Origin: Macrostomum lignano
Lineage: Eukaryota
Reading direction: 5' to 3'
DNA length: 64,000 nt
NCBI GenBank assembly: GCA_002269645.1
Contig: NIVC01000140.1
Location: forward strand, 310,001 to 374,000
A program made the translations under genes and the position numbers. The notes under the pieces are model-generated. The model saw only the letters and a program-made list of their open reading frames with translations, searched no databases and had not been told where the DNA came from. This document shows, piece by piece, positions 32,401 through 44,216 of the stretch (position 1 is the first letter of the stretch; each line of letters begins with the position of its first letter).

Positions 32401-35400
32401 AAAGCGATACCAGCTGTCAGTACCCATGTGTCAGTACCCATGTGTCATTACCCATGTGTCAGTGCCAGGTGTCAGTGCCAGGTGTCAGTGCCAGGTGTCA
32501 GTGCCAGGTGTCAGTGCCAGGTGTCAGTGCCAGGTGTCAGTGCCAGGTGTCAGTGCCAGGTGCCAGTGCCAGGTGTCAGTGCCAGGTGTCAGTGCCAGGT
32601 GTCAGTGCCAGGTGTCAGTGCCAGGTGTCAGTGCCAGGTGTCAGTGCCAGGTGTCAGTGCCAGGTGTCAGTGCCAGGTGTCAGTGCCAGGTGTCAGTGCC
32701 AAATGCCAGTACCAAGCGTCATTAGCCCAGCAGCCTTGACGGTGGGCCCTGAATTGCCCGCAGGTGCTCAGTGCAGGCTGGAATGAGACCTGGATGCTGC
32801 TGGTGTCCCCGGGTGCTGCCAGCTCGTTGCCCGACTTCCTTGACAGCGGCATCGACGCATTCAGTAGAAGCGCTCTGAGCAGCTGGAGGACCCGAATCTA
32901 CCGAGTCGTCCTTCAGGTGAGCGCTGGTTCCAGCTTCTGCTTGAGCATAGCAGCCGGGCAGAAGATCAAACCGCCCCACCTCGTCTCTTGCAGCCAGTCT
33001 CCATGGAGGATGCGCTGAGGCAAATCCTGACCGTTGCAGCTGAGGTGAGAAGACAAAATATTAATCGCTTGCCAGTCTCAACTCTTAGCTTTCCAGTCTC
33101 AACTCGTAGCTTGCCAGTCTCAACCCGTAGCTTGCCAGTCTCAACTCGTAGCTTGCCAGTCTCAACTCGTAGCTTGCCAGTCTCAACCCGTAGCTTGCCA
33201 GTCTCAACCCGTAGCTTGCCAGTCTCAACCCGTAGCTTGCCAGTCTCAACTCGTAGCTTGCCAGTCTCAACTCGTAGCTTGCCAGTCTCAACCCGTAGCT
33301 TGCCAGTCTCAACTCTTAGCTTGCCAGTCTCAACCCGTAGCTTGCCAGTCTCAACCCGTAGCTTGCCAGTCTCAACTCTTAGCTTGCCAGTCTCAACTCG
33401 TAGCTTGCCAGTCTCAACCCGTAGCTTGCCAGTCTCAACTCGTAGCTTGCCAGTCTCAACTCGTAGCTTGCCAGTCTCAACTCGTAGCTTGCCAGTCTCA
33501 ACTCTTAGCTTGCCAGTGTCAACTCGTAGCTTGCCAGTCTCAACTCGTAGCTTGCCAGTCTCAACTCGTATTTTTGCTACTCTCAATGCATTGCTGACTC
33601 AAAAAACTCGCAGGCGGTGAAAAACGGGTCAGCGACTCGGACCGAATTTCAGGCCAATGTGGAAATTTACTCTGGTAAGTGCTTTGCACACCTAGCATTT
33701 ATAATGACATCAAATGAGAATAAATTTCATGATGTCACGAAACCCGTTCACCAATTTTCATGGCTATTCGCATCATTCGAATGAATTGATGTCTCGCGTA
33801 AACAAAACCTTGGAAGAAGTTCTAAAATTTACCCTTCCCTGTCAGGAATCGGGCCAACCAAGCTCGCCTCCTATGCTCCGAACGGAAGCGTCGTATTGGA
33901 AACGGCGCCTGGCAACCTCACTGAAGAGCTCAGCAATGAGACCCAGCGGCTCACCGTTGTGTTCACCCAGAATCCGCCATTCAGCTTCTTCTCCGAGGGC
34001 CGCGTTCGGGGAATCTGTGTTGACATCCTCGACCTGCTGTCCCCGCTGCTGAACCTCAGGTAGCTCTGCTGACCCCCTGCTGAACCTCAGGTAGCTCTGC
34101 TGACCCCCTGCTGAACCTCAGGTAGCTCTGCTGACCCCCTGCTGAACCTCAGGTAGCTCTGCTGACCCCCTGCTGAACCTCAGGTAGCTCTGCTGACCCC
34201 CTGCTAAACCTCAGGTAGTTCTGCTGACCCCCTGCTGAACCTCAGGTAGCTCTGCTGACCCCCTGCTGAACCTCAGGTAGCTCTGCTGACCCCCTGCTGA
34301 ACCTCGGGTAGCTCTGCTGACCCCCTGCTGAACCTCGGGTAGCTCTGCTGACCCCCTGCTGAACCTCAGGTAGCTCTGCTGACCCACTGCTGAACCTCAG
34401 GTAGCTCTGCTGACCCCCTGCTGAACCTCAGGTAGCTCTGCTGACCCCCTGCTGAACCTCAGGTAGCTCTGCTGACCCCCTGCTGAACCTCAGGTAGCTC
34501 TGCTGACCCCCTGCTGAACCTCAGGTAGCTCTGCTGACCCCCTGCTGAACCTCAGGTAGCTCTGCTGACCCACTGCTGAACCTCAGGTAGCTCTGCTGAC
34601 CCCCTGCTGAACCTCGGGTAGCTCTGCCGACCCCCTGCTGAACTTCAGGTAGCTCTCCTTTTGGAACTGAGTCCATTTCAACACTCCTTTTTAGCTTTCA
34701 ATTCCAAGGACTGGAAAACGGAACTTGGGAGTCAGCTGTGCTCATGCTTGCGAACAGGGTGAGTTTCCTACTGGACTGTGGAGTCAGCTGTGCTCATGCT
34801 TGCGAACAGGGTGAGTTTCCTGTGGGTTCAGCCAAGCAGGATGCCAGTAGGGAGAGTTTCAGCGTCAGATGAAACACGGATTCATGGACTGTTTGATGAG
34901 GGCCCAGTGCCAGCCTCCTCCCGCTCCGCAGTCAGCCGATCTCGCCAGCTGCGACCTCTCCGTGACGTGGCAGCGGGCGCAGCTCGTTGACTTCAGCCTG
35001 CCCTGGACCCTGGAGTTCAAGGGCGCCGTGATTCCCGTGCTGAAGCCGTCCGTGGACCTTTTCAGACTCTTCCGGCCGTTCGACCCTTGGTGAGCTGCAG
35101 TCGGAGCCGATGTTGCCTCCACGTTGCTGCAAGGACCACCGGAAGCACTCCATTTTGGCACTCCTGTCCCACAGGGCCTACCTGGTGACCACCTTGGCCA
35201 TTCTGGTGGGCGCGTCGCTGTTGGCCTGGATGGCCTGGCTCAGCCCCATCTCGCTGTGGAATCTGCACGCCCTGCACGTGAAGGGAATCCCGACGCTCGC
35301 CTATCAGGACGAGGTGTCCGTGAAGCAGAATGCTTGGAATTTGTTCGGCGTTCTGCTGCACCAAGGTAGGAAGGATGTCTGCCTGAATTGAACGAATCCG

Positions 35401-37200
35401 CAGTCTACTCCAACTGCGGATTGATGCACCCGCCCGCAGGCCAGGACTTCTACCCCAACTCCCCATCGTCCCGCACGCTCATGTTCTGCTGGTGGGCGGT
35501 GTCGCTCATCCTGCTGTCTACATACACGGCCTCCATGGTGGCCTCCCTGACGGTGCCAGAGAAGGCCAGCTCGCCACGGAGCCTGTCAGAGATGCTCGCC
35601 CAGGGCTACGAGTTCCTGCTGCCAGAGGGCGGCAGCACACAGCAGCTGTTTGACACAGCGCCGCCCGGCAGCGCGATGGCCGCCATCCGGGACTCCGGCC
35701 GGCTACGGCTGGCCGGTCTGGGCTCCAAGCCCTACGGCCTGCTGGCCGGCGACAGTCAGAAGCGACTGGCCTTCGTGGCCGATCGAACGAAGCTGAGCGC
35801 CGACGTCAAGGACAACTGCAGCAGTCTGCTGCTCACCGAACTCGCCTTCAGCCCCGACAGCCTCGCTTTCGGCGTCGCCCGGGACGCCGTCTGGCTCGAG
35901 CGGTTCAACAGAGCGTGAGTTTGTCCGTGTCAGTGCAGCTGCGGTTTCAGGGGCTGGGATTGCAGCTGCGGTCTCAGGGGCTGGGATTGCAGCTGCGGTC
36001 TCAGGGCTGGGATTGCAGCTGCGGTTTCAGGGGCTGGGATTGCAGCTGCGGTTTCAGGGGCTGGGATTGCAGCTGCGGTTTCAGGGGCTGGGATTGCAGC
36101 TGCGGTTTCAGGGGCTGGGATTGCAGCTGCGGTCTCAGGGCTGGGATTGCAGCTGCGGTCTCAGGGGCTGGAATTGCAGCTGCGGTCTCAGGGCTGGGAT
36201 TGCAGCTGCGGTTTCAGGGCTGGGATTGCAGCTGCGGTTTCAGAGGCTGGGATTGCAGCTGCGGTTTCAGGGGCTGGGATTGCAGCTGCGGTCTCAGGGG
36301 CTGGGATTGCAGCTGCGGTTTCAGGGGCTGGGATTGCAGCTGCGGTTTCAGGGGCTGGGATTGCAGCTGCGGTTTCAGGGGCTGGGATTGCAGCTGCGGT
36401 CTCAGGGCTGGGATTGCAGCTGCGGTTTCAGGGGCTGGAATTGCAGCTGCGGTTTCAGGGGCTGGAATTGCAGCTGCGGTTTCAGGGGCTGGGATTGCAG
36501 CTGCGGTCTCAGGGCTGGGATTGCAGCTGCGGTTTCAGGGGCTGGAATTGCAGCTGCGGTTTCAGGGGCTGGAATTGCAGCTGCGGTTTCAGGGGCTGGG
36601 ATTGCAGCTGCGGTTTCAGGGGCTGGGATTGCAGCTGCGGTTTCAAGCCGCCAGTAGACCTGCTATTAATTTAGGTAAAAGAAGTCGAAGAGCTCAACGC
36701 TCATTGCTAACCGGTGAAGCCGTTCGCACAGCCAGAATCACCTGTGTTCACTTCTCAGGCTGCAGCTCCTGCTAGAGAAGGGTCTCATTGAGCGGCTGCG
36801 CCTGAAGTACTGGACGCCCTCCGTGATCTGCCAGGCCGGCCAGCCGGACATCCTGGATCTCAGCCAAGCGGCCGGCATCTTCTTGCTGTTTCTCGTCTTC
36901 TGCGCGGCTGGAGGCGTCACTCTGGCCTTCGAGTTGCTCAGCCAAGCCTGCGGCTGGACCGCCTGCGGCCACGCCCTGTCTGTCAGTGGCAGCGGGAAGC
37001 GCCACCTCGGCTGCCTGGCCGACCTCGCCCGCGCCGCCCACAAGCGCGGCTTCAAACGGCACCGGCGGACCCTGTGGAAGGCGACAAAGGAGGATCAGCA
37101 GCCCCAGCTGCCAGAGGAATTTCGAAACATTCGCTGGCGGCCGGAGGGAGCGGAGGGAGTCGAAGTACCACCCGTTCTTGTCATCACCGACATCAAATGA
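26487..37200 (+). CDS. Divergent ionotropic glutamate receptor-family (iGluR/IR-like) subunit, 13 exons, ~806 aa
   Basis: Exons 26487-26574 (signal peptide), 26747-26878, 27507-27725, 30187-30359, 32764-32916, 32994-33044, 33614-33674, 33846-34059, 34695-34758, 34932-35089, 35175-35365, 35440-35914 and 36759-37200; all phases compatible, total 2421 nt. Motifs: QNPPF...GICVDILDLL, DLSVTWQRAQLVDFS, LFRPF, pore NAWNLFGVLLHQG, M3 STYTASMVASLT, GGST, M4 AGIFLLFL. The 3' half is secure; the N-terminal exons are less so. Confidence 0.85.
26577..26725. repeat. 49-nt unit x3 filling iGluR intron 1
   Basis: GAGTTCAGCTTGACCAGTTTGAGTCAGATTTGAGCACACTGTGAAAATT repeated three times, starting inside the GTGAGT donor. 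Confidence 0.9.
26985..27155. repeat. Minisatellite, 23-nt unit CCCCACACTATCAAATCCAAACA (iGluR intron 2)
   Basis: About 7 tandem copies. Confidence 0.9.
27905..30165 (+). repeat. Minisatellite, 26-27 nt unit containing the tRNA T-loop/B-box motif GTTCGAATCC (iGluR intron 3)
   Basis: Units CCGGTTCGAATCCCCATCTCCTCACT with CCAAG, CCCGG and ACCGG variants; roughly 85 copies estimated from length. Confidence 0.95.
30588..31790. repeat. Minisatellite, 20-nt unit GGTGTCAGTACTGGGCT(CC/TT)A (iGluR intron 4)
   Basis: Direct tandem repeat with two main variants. Confidence 0.95.
31912..32409. mobile_element. Long-TIR (foldback or Mutator-like) MITE, ~173-bp TIRs
   Basis: 31912-32084 is the near-perfect reverse complement of 32237-32409 around a 152-bp spacer; flanks CCAGTTGTCAA and CCAGCTGTCAG resemble a degenerate 9-11 bp TSD. 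Confidence 0.85.
32455..32700. repeat. Minisatellite, 13-nt unit GGTGTCAGTGCCA
   Basis: Tandem repeat sharing the GGTGTCAGT core with the 20-mer array on the other side of the MITE. Confidence 0.93.
33068..33570. repeat. Minisatellite, 21-nt unit GCTTGCCAGTCTCAACTCGTA (iGluR intron 6)
   Basis: Direct tandem repeat; source of the LPVSTRS and VETGKLR artefact ORFs. Confidence 0.95.
34040..34655 (+). repeat. 31-nt tandem repeat that includes the exon 8 end and 5' splice site (CTGCTGAACCTCAG|GTAGCT...)
   Basis: About 19-20 copies; the first copy supplies the last codons of exon 8 (LLNL) and the donor. Confidence 0.93.
35933..36645. repeat. Minisatellite, 26-27 nt unit CTGGGATTGCAGCTGCGGTTTCAGGGG (iGluR intron 12)
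   Basis: Direct tandem repeat. Confidence 0.95.
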
Positions 37201-37455
37201 CTGCAAATAGCTGGTGAACACTGACTGCAACTGGCTGCAAATAGCTGGTGAACACTGACTGCAACTGGCTGCAAATAGCTGGTGAACACTGACTGCAACT
37301 GACTGCAAATAGCTGGTGAACACTGACTGCAACCGACTGCAAATAGCTGGTGAACACTGACTGCAACTGACTGCAAATAGCTGGTGAACACTGACTGCAA
37401 CTGGCTGCAAATAGCTGGTGAACACTGACTGCAACCGACTGCAACTGGCTGCAAC
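37198..37455. repeat. Minisatellite, 34-nt unit CTGCAAATAGCTGGTGAACACTGACTGCAACTG(G/A), starting at the iGluR stop codon
   Basis: About 7 copies directly after TGA. Confidence 0.9.
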
Positions 37456-40196
37456 TCCTTTCAAGTCAATACTTCTGCAATGAATGAAAATTAAAAATTC
37501 CTTTGTAGTCCCGGACTGACTCCCTCCCAGTGCAATTGTCTTTTCTTTGCTGAGCGTTCCAATCGTATACCTAAATGTGAAGCTAAACTGCGAAACAAAA
37601 CATATTCTGCATATGCAATGAATATATGCATTCGATTGAAGTATGACAGATGACTGGATTTGAGCACTGCAGCGGCCAGTGCTCAGAGTCTCACCCGCAG
37701 CGGAAGAGAGGGCAATCAATTGAGGCTGACTGAACAAGCGAGTGAGGCTGCGATTCCATTGCACAGGGCTGTGAAGTGCAGTCAAGGCATGGCGACATGG
37801 GAGAGGTTGCTGGGAAAAGAAACTCAGCAGACGTCCCACAGAACTGTCAATGGCCTCTCTGTTCTTTGGCTATCATGCTCACGCATTCACGCCTCATCAG
37901 ACGATTCTGAGTGGTCCCACTTTTCAGGTCACGTGGGTCATCCAGCAGTTTCCTTAGCTCAGAAAGCTCACAAAAGTCTTCCAAGTTCTTCGAGGCTTTG
38001 CTAGCGCAAATACCAAACTTTGACCAGGCAAAAACCTTCCAAGCTTGTTTGAACAAGGGTCACTGCTAGCTGCAAGAACAGCGTCTGCCGCACAGTTAAG
38101 TGTCTCACCCTGCAAATAATCAAGCCTGCGCAAAAGGTCTGCGAGTACTGATGCTGGACAGCAGCAGCTCACTAACTCAATCAAGAACTCATTCCTCCCT
38201 CAGAGCAATGTGCAGGCAGACCATGCATACCCAAGTTCTCTATGCGAACTCCCGTGCCATTAATCCTTTTATGAGGCCGGCAAGCAAAGTGGAATAATCA
38301 CTCACGAAGACTGGACTCGCCGCAACCCTCTCATTTGTGGACTGGCCACGGAAATTCCGGCATGTGCATGATCCCTATGAATTATTTCCCATTTAGAATT
38401 ATAAACACTGACTGGACACTCTCAAATCAGCTGTTAAAAACACGAAGTCAGATCGAATATACATGTATGTATGTTTCATTTCGCCAAAAAGACAGTTTTG
38501 GCTTATTAGAGATAACGAACCATTGAAAACATTCATGATTTGCATGCATAGCGAAGCTGCAGTGTACTTCGCAAAATTTGAAGTGCCTAACTGGTCCGTG
38601 AAGTGCCATGGGATTCTTCTTTATCGAAAAAACGAAGAACTTCTATTCCCATCAAACACTGATGGTCCTCAAGACGAAATGTATGTTCCAACTTTCTTTA
38701 ATCATTTGACCTACTACCAGTCTACTTTCAGCTGTCCATGTCCTTCATACCTTACATATCCATGTGTTACATGTATGTACAAGTACTTTTTATTGTCTCA
38801 TTTACCAGTTAAACGCCAAGTTTATAGTATGAGACTATTATATATGTATAGCACGATTCCGCCTACTTTAGATAATCAGCTCAACTCTATGGGTTTAAGT
38901 TGGCAGGCATTAGATCCCCTTTTTCCTTATTATTCCAACTGGGGCTCAGTGAGACGTAGAGATGGATCGAACTTTCGAGTACGAGCGGGCCGGAGATACA
39001 GCGAAGCCGCTTGCCTTTCTGTTAATATCCTCTTTTCACACCAAACAGGAAGATAATATTGATAGCTAAAGTGCTAAAATTCGAATGCAACAAGAAAAAT
39101 TGGTCCGATACAGAGAGAAAACTATTGAAATCCGATGTTGCTCATATACTGCACATGTAACTGGCATACAAAGTTTAAATTTGTTTATTAAAATCATCGT
39201 TGCAATAGTAGAAATGCATGAATTTATTTTCTTGATCATTACATCCCTTATGATATGTTAGATAATTTGGGTGCGTGCGCTACCCTTTCATTGAATCGTT
39301 AGAAAAATCTGCATACCGTTGCAGGTAAAATTTATCAAACATTAACAAAGCAAAATTTATTTCAGGTCTTCAACTAATAAATCTATATAAACGCGCAAAA
39401 ACATGGTAGCTTAAGGTTTTTCATTGTGAAATAAATTTTTAAAACTGTGTAATTATCGAATTCAGGTGCCACTATGGTTAGGGTTATCATTTTAAGTTCA
39501 GTTTTCCGAAAGACAATTTTTCTAAACTCGTGAAATTTCAACAACACGATAACCGATAATATTAGTGCAGTGAGTAATCTCTAAGCTATGGATGACAACA
39601 AGTACACTGTGTCGTGTATCCTTTTTAACTCTTGGTGTTTAATATTTTTCCCTATAGTTTTCTTTGTCCTTTAAGCCAAAACTTTATTTTTGTGCTACTT
39701 TTTGACTGAAAATAGTCTTATGAATTATGAGATCGGTATGATGCTTGTAATTTTCTATTAAAATTTATATTAGGACAGGAGCTTATAGTTATAATATTTG
39801 TAAACAGGTAAATTGATTACCACATGCAATTTAACTCACGCGAGACTTAAATCAAACTAAGGGTCAGAGTCATAAGTCCAACTTATACAAGACTTCCTAA
39901 CATATGAACATTCATGACTTCGTAGTTTAAAATAATATTTATTTTATTTTAATTTATTTTACCAAATTTAATCTGGCTTTAATTCAATCCGAAGCTCCAC
40001 TTCGAAAATAAAATAATACCTTTGTCAAGGGAGAGTTGGAATAGTGTATTAAACTTTAACAACATAAATATGAAAATAAAATACCATAGTTCTGTTAAAG
40101 AATGGATTACCTTTTTGACTGTTTTAGAATCTTATATCTATTCATTTTAATTTAATATACGCACTAATTTCCTTAACAAAGCAATAAAAAAATCAG

Positions 40197-43100
40197 TTGA
40201 GCAACTGCCAGACGAAAATCCATCAGAGTACAACTATGAGGAAGTCCCTGTAGAAGATGATGTTCCAGCCATGGGTGAGTAAATACTTTTCAGTAGAAAT
40301 AATCCTCTTTTTGTTTTTCAAAGCATTTTTTTTTCAATTCTTTAAATGCAAACTCTATTAAATTGATTTGTTGGAGACTTTGAACTATAAAATAGTTTAA
40401 AATAGTTTGTATTTATTTAATAAGATTTATTAACAGGTGCAAAAACTTACTTGTAATTTGTTACTTGTTAACAAATAAGAGTAACAAATGGGTTATTATG
40501 ACTATTGCAGCTTATCCAAAAGTCAGACATATAACTTCTTATTTTAGTCATGATTTTAGTGAGAAAATAATAAGTGTCTTTTTGCAAGAAACGATTTAAG
40601 AACAGTGTACAAGAGCGGTTTGCTGCTGAGCAGACAACGAGGGGCAGCGTAGCTCAGCGACTGACTCTCGCGTCACGGCCCTGCTTGGATTTCGGTGCAC
40701 GGCAGCATTAATTCGGGGCTTGTGCGCGAAAATTGACGATTAGAAAGTCTGGGCCGCTTTACACCCTGTGTGATGGTGTGCACGAGTGCGTGCCCCCCTA
40801 CAGTATACACACGCTTGTAGTGCTGGTTGTGGGAAGATGTCGCCGAAACTGTTTCACCAGAACACCCAAAGTTCTTTCCTGCAATTATTATTTTTATTAA
40901 CAGACAACGACGAGGAACTCGTCGCCACGGTGCGGGTTCTGCAGGAGGCTGCGGACGATGACACGGCGATGACAGAGCGGGCCGCGGCAGCCCGGCCCGT
41001 GCTCATCACCTGCCCGCCGAGCGTGGACGACTTTGTGCGCAGCTTCCTGCTGAAGATTGGCATGCAGCGGACTCTCGACACTTTTCAGGTGCGCGCTTGG
41101 TTTCTGAGGCAGAGGCTTGAGCACCAGAGCTCCTGTAGCCGCTTTTTGCTTCCTTTGTGATTCGTAGATTTAAATCTCTAAAGGGGCTCCAAGAGATCCT
41201 CAGGGCGCGCCCTGTGCTGACGGGAGGGGCTCCATGAGATCCCACAGTTGTCACTCAGCGAGGTAAATAGCTTCTCACGCGGGGTCATAAAATTCATTCC
41301 GGGCTCTCCCGCTGCAGGCCGAGTTCTTCGAGCTGCAGCAGAAGGGCCAGCTGCGCGAGGAGGACCTGTTCGACGTGCCGGACATCTACGCCCGCAACCA
41401 GCAGCTGGACGACCAGCTCAAGGTGATGCGGCACGAGCGAGACAAGTACAAAGCGGCCTCCATGGCAGCCAGGGAGATGTACGTGAAGCTGCGCAACGAG
41501 CGGGACTACCACAGGATGAACCACCGCCGGGTCATGCAGGAGAAAAACAAGCTGCTGGACGACATCAAGCTGTGAGGCTGCCTCCTGCACGGCGTTGTTC
41601 TCAAAAAACACCTTGCAGATGCCAAGATTTAAATAGATCGCACTTGAACTATTCGAGAGTGCCATGGCTTTTTCTCCCGCAGGATGAAGCGTCACTACGC
41701 AGCCTACGAGCCAACACTGGAGCAGCTGCGCCACAAGTACGAAGTGGCGATGAAGGAGAAGATGCTGAGCAAGCTGGAGCGGGACCGGGCCATGGGCCAG
41801 GTGGCCGGCCTGCAGTCGACCTTGAAGAGTCTCGAGCAGATGCGCGGCAGCTCCGCGCAGAGGCCTGCGGGCGGAGGCGGCGCCGGCGACGCGGCAGAGC
41901 TGCGGGCGGCCCCAACGGCTGGCGGGCGCGCCGGTGGCGGCCGCGAGCTGACGGGCAAGGAGCAGATGGCCGAGCGGAGGCGGGCAGAGGCTCGCCAGGA
42001 TGTGGCCAACTTGCCCGCTGGCTACGTGCGGCATCCCAAGGTGCGGCCCAGAGCTGACGTGCAGTTGGCATCCCCCTGTTCTCCTGGCTCGTAGAAGGCC
42101 GCGCAATGGGACTACATGTACTTCTAGCACACACATGCACTTCTAGCACACAAATGTACATGTACTTTTAGCACACACATGCACTTTTAGCACACACACA
42201 TGTACATGTACTTCTAGCACATACATGTAATTCTAGCACACACATGCACTTCTAGCACACACACATGTACATGTACTTCTAGCACATACATGTACTTCTA
42301 GCACACACATGCACTTCTAGCACACACATGTACATGTACTTCTAGCACACACATGCACTTCTAGCACACACATGTACATGTACTTCTAGCACAGCCGCAG
42401 AGGATCGCAATTCCTATCACCAGACTGTACTCTACTAGCCAAAAAACTCAGGGCAGAGACCTCAAACGAATATGATCCCTCCTCACCCTCAACTCAGTTA
42501 CACATTTGCTTACATGTAGCTGAATACACAACACCTTCATATCCTTCAGGACAAAGACTTCCCGAAGGACCGCGGCATCAACCCGGCACTTGCAAATGGC
42601 CGCGGCGCTCCGGTGCACCTGACGCGGTCGGGCGGCCTGAAGCTGTCCAACACCTGGGAGGCCCATGAGGCGGCGGTGAGCAGCCTGGCGCTCAACCCGC
42701 TGGGCAAGCAGGAGCTTGTGACCACAGGCGATGACGCGGTGTGGAAGCTGTGGTCACTGCCGGGCGGCGAGTGCCAGTTCACGGGCGAAGGCCACTCGCA
42801 GTGGGTGTCGAGCGCGCACTTCCACCCGTCTGGCTCGCAGCTGGTCACCGGCGGCGGGGACAACCTGGTGAAGCTGTGGGACCTGCACGTCGGCGAGTGC
42901 CTGCACACCTTCAACGAGCACAGCAGCGCTGTCTGGTCTCTGCAGTACCACTGGACCGGCAACTTCATCGCCAGTGCCAGCATGGACAACACGGTGCGCG
43001 TGTTCGACTTGGGCTCCGTCCGCTGCCGCCAGATCCTGCGGGGCCACGCCGAGTCCGTCAACTCCGTCAGCTGGCTGCCGCACGGCAACCTGCTGCTGAC

Positions 43101-44216
43101 CTGCTCCGCCGACAAGACCCTGCTGGTCTGGGACCCGCGGGTTGGCACCTCCGTGCACACCTTCTACGGCCACCTGCACAGCGTGAACCACGCCGCCTTC
43201 AGCCCCAAAGGCGACACCGTGGCCTCCGTGGACTCCTTCGGCTTCCTCAAGGTGTTCGACGTGCGCGCCGACCGGCCCAAGTCGGCGCTCGACCTCGGCC
43301 CGCACGCGGCGAACTGCGTCGCTTTCGACCCCTCGTCCACTCTTCTGGCCGTTGCCAGCAACGACGCCACCGTCAAGATGATCGAAGTCGCGACTGGAGG
43401 GGTGAGTCAGCGGCTGCAGGGAGCTTAGCTCAGCTAGGTGTGGGATGAGCGGGTGTGGTGGGATGAGGCGGGTGTGGGATGAGCCGGGTGTGGGATGAGC
43501 CGGGTGTGGGATGAGGCGGGTGTGGGATGAGGCGGGTGTGGGATGAGGCGGGTGTGGGATGAGGCGGGTGTGGGATGAGGCGGGTGTGGGATGAGGCGGG
43601 TGTGGGATGAGGCGGGTGTGGGATGAGCCGGGTGTGGGATGAGCCGGGTGTGGGATGAGCCGGGTGTGGGATGAGCCGGGTGTGGGATGAGGCGGGTGTG
43701 GGATGAGCCGGGTGTGGGATGAGGCGGGTGTGGGATGAGGCGGGTGTGGGATGAGGCGGGTGTGGGATGAGGCGGGTGTGGGATGAGGCGGGTGTGGGAA
43801 TGACGACGCGGTGTGGGATGAGGCGGGTGTGGGAATGACGACGCGGTGTGGGATGAGGCGGGTGTGGGAATGACGACGCGGTGTGGGATGAGGCGGGTGT
43901 GGGAATGACGACGCGGTGTGGGATGAGGCGGGTGTGGGAATGACGACGCGGTGTGGGATGAGGCGGGTGTGGGAATGAGGCCGAATATAGAAATGCAGTG
44001 ATTGGTCTCCCAGTTTACCCTTTTTTCAATGTCAAAAGTTCATGACGGCAGCCAATTTCTTGATTGGACTCAATACTAAAAATCAACTCACTGAACGGCC
44101 CGCAGGTGAGCAAGCTGGAAGGCCACGAAGACTCCGTGCAGTTCTGCAGCTTCGACCAGCACGGGGACTGCCTGATCTCGGCTGGCAGCGACCGCACAGT
44201 CCGTGTTTGGAACTGA
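40197..44216 (+). CDS. SPAG16: Sperm-associated antigen 16 (PF20, axonemal central-pair WD40 protein); first exon(s) not resolved
   Basis: Exons 40197-40274, 40904-41088, 41318-41571, 41683-42040, 42550-43401 and 44106-44216, phases compatible. EYNYEEVP, DDFVRSFLLKIGMQRTLDTFQAEFFEL, ERDYHRMNHRRVMQEKNKL and KRHYAAYEPT resemble SPAG16, followed by WD40 repeats. AATAAA near 44307. Confidence 0.9.
42110..42392. repeat. Compound minisatellite of CACATG(T/C)ACTTCTAGCACA units (SPAG16 intron)
   Basis: Nested ~19-25 nt units. Confidence 0.85.
43437..43980 (+). repeat. G-rich minisatellite, 16-nt unit GGGTGTGGGATGAGGC (last SPAG16 intron)
   Basis: Tandem repeat; later copies carry a GGAATGACGACGC variant. 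Confidence 0.95.
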
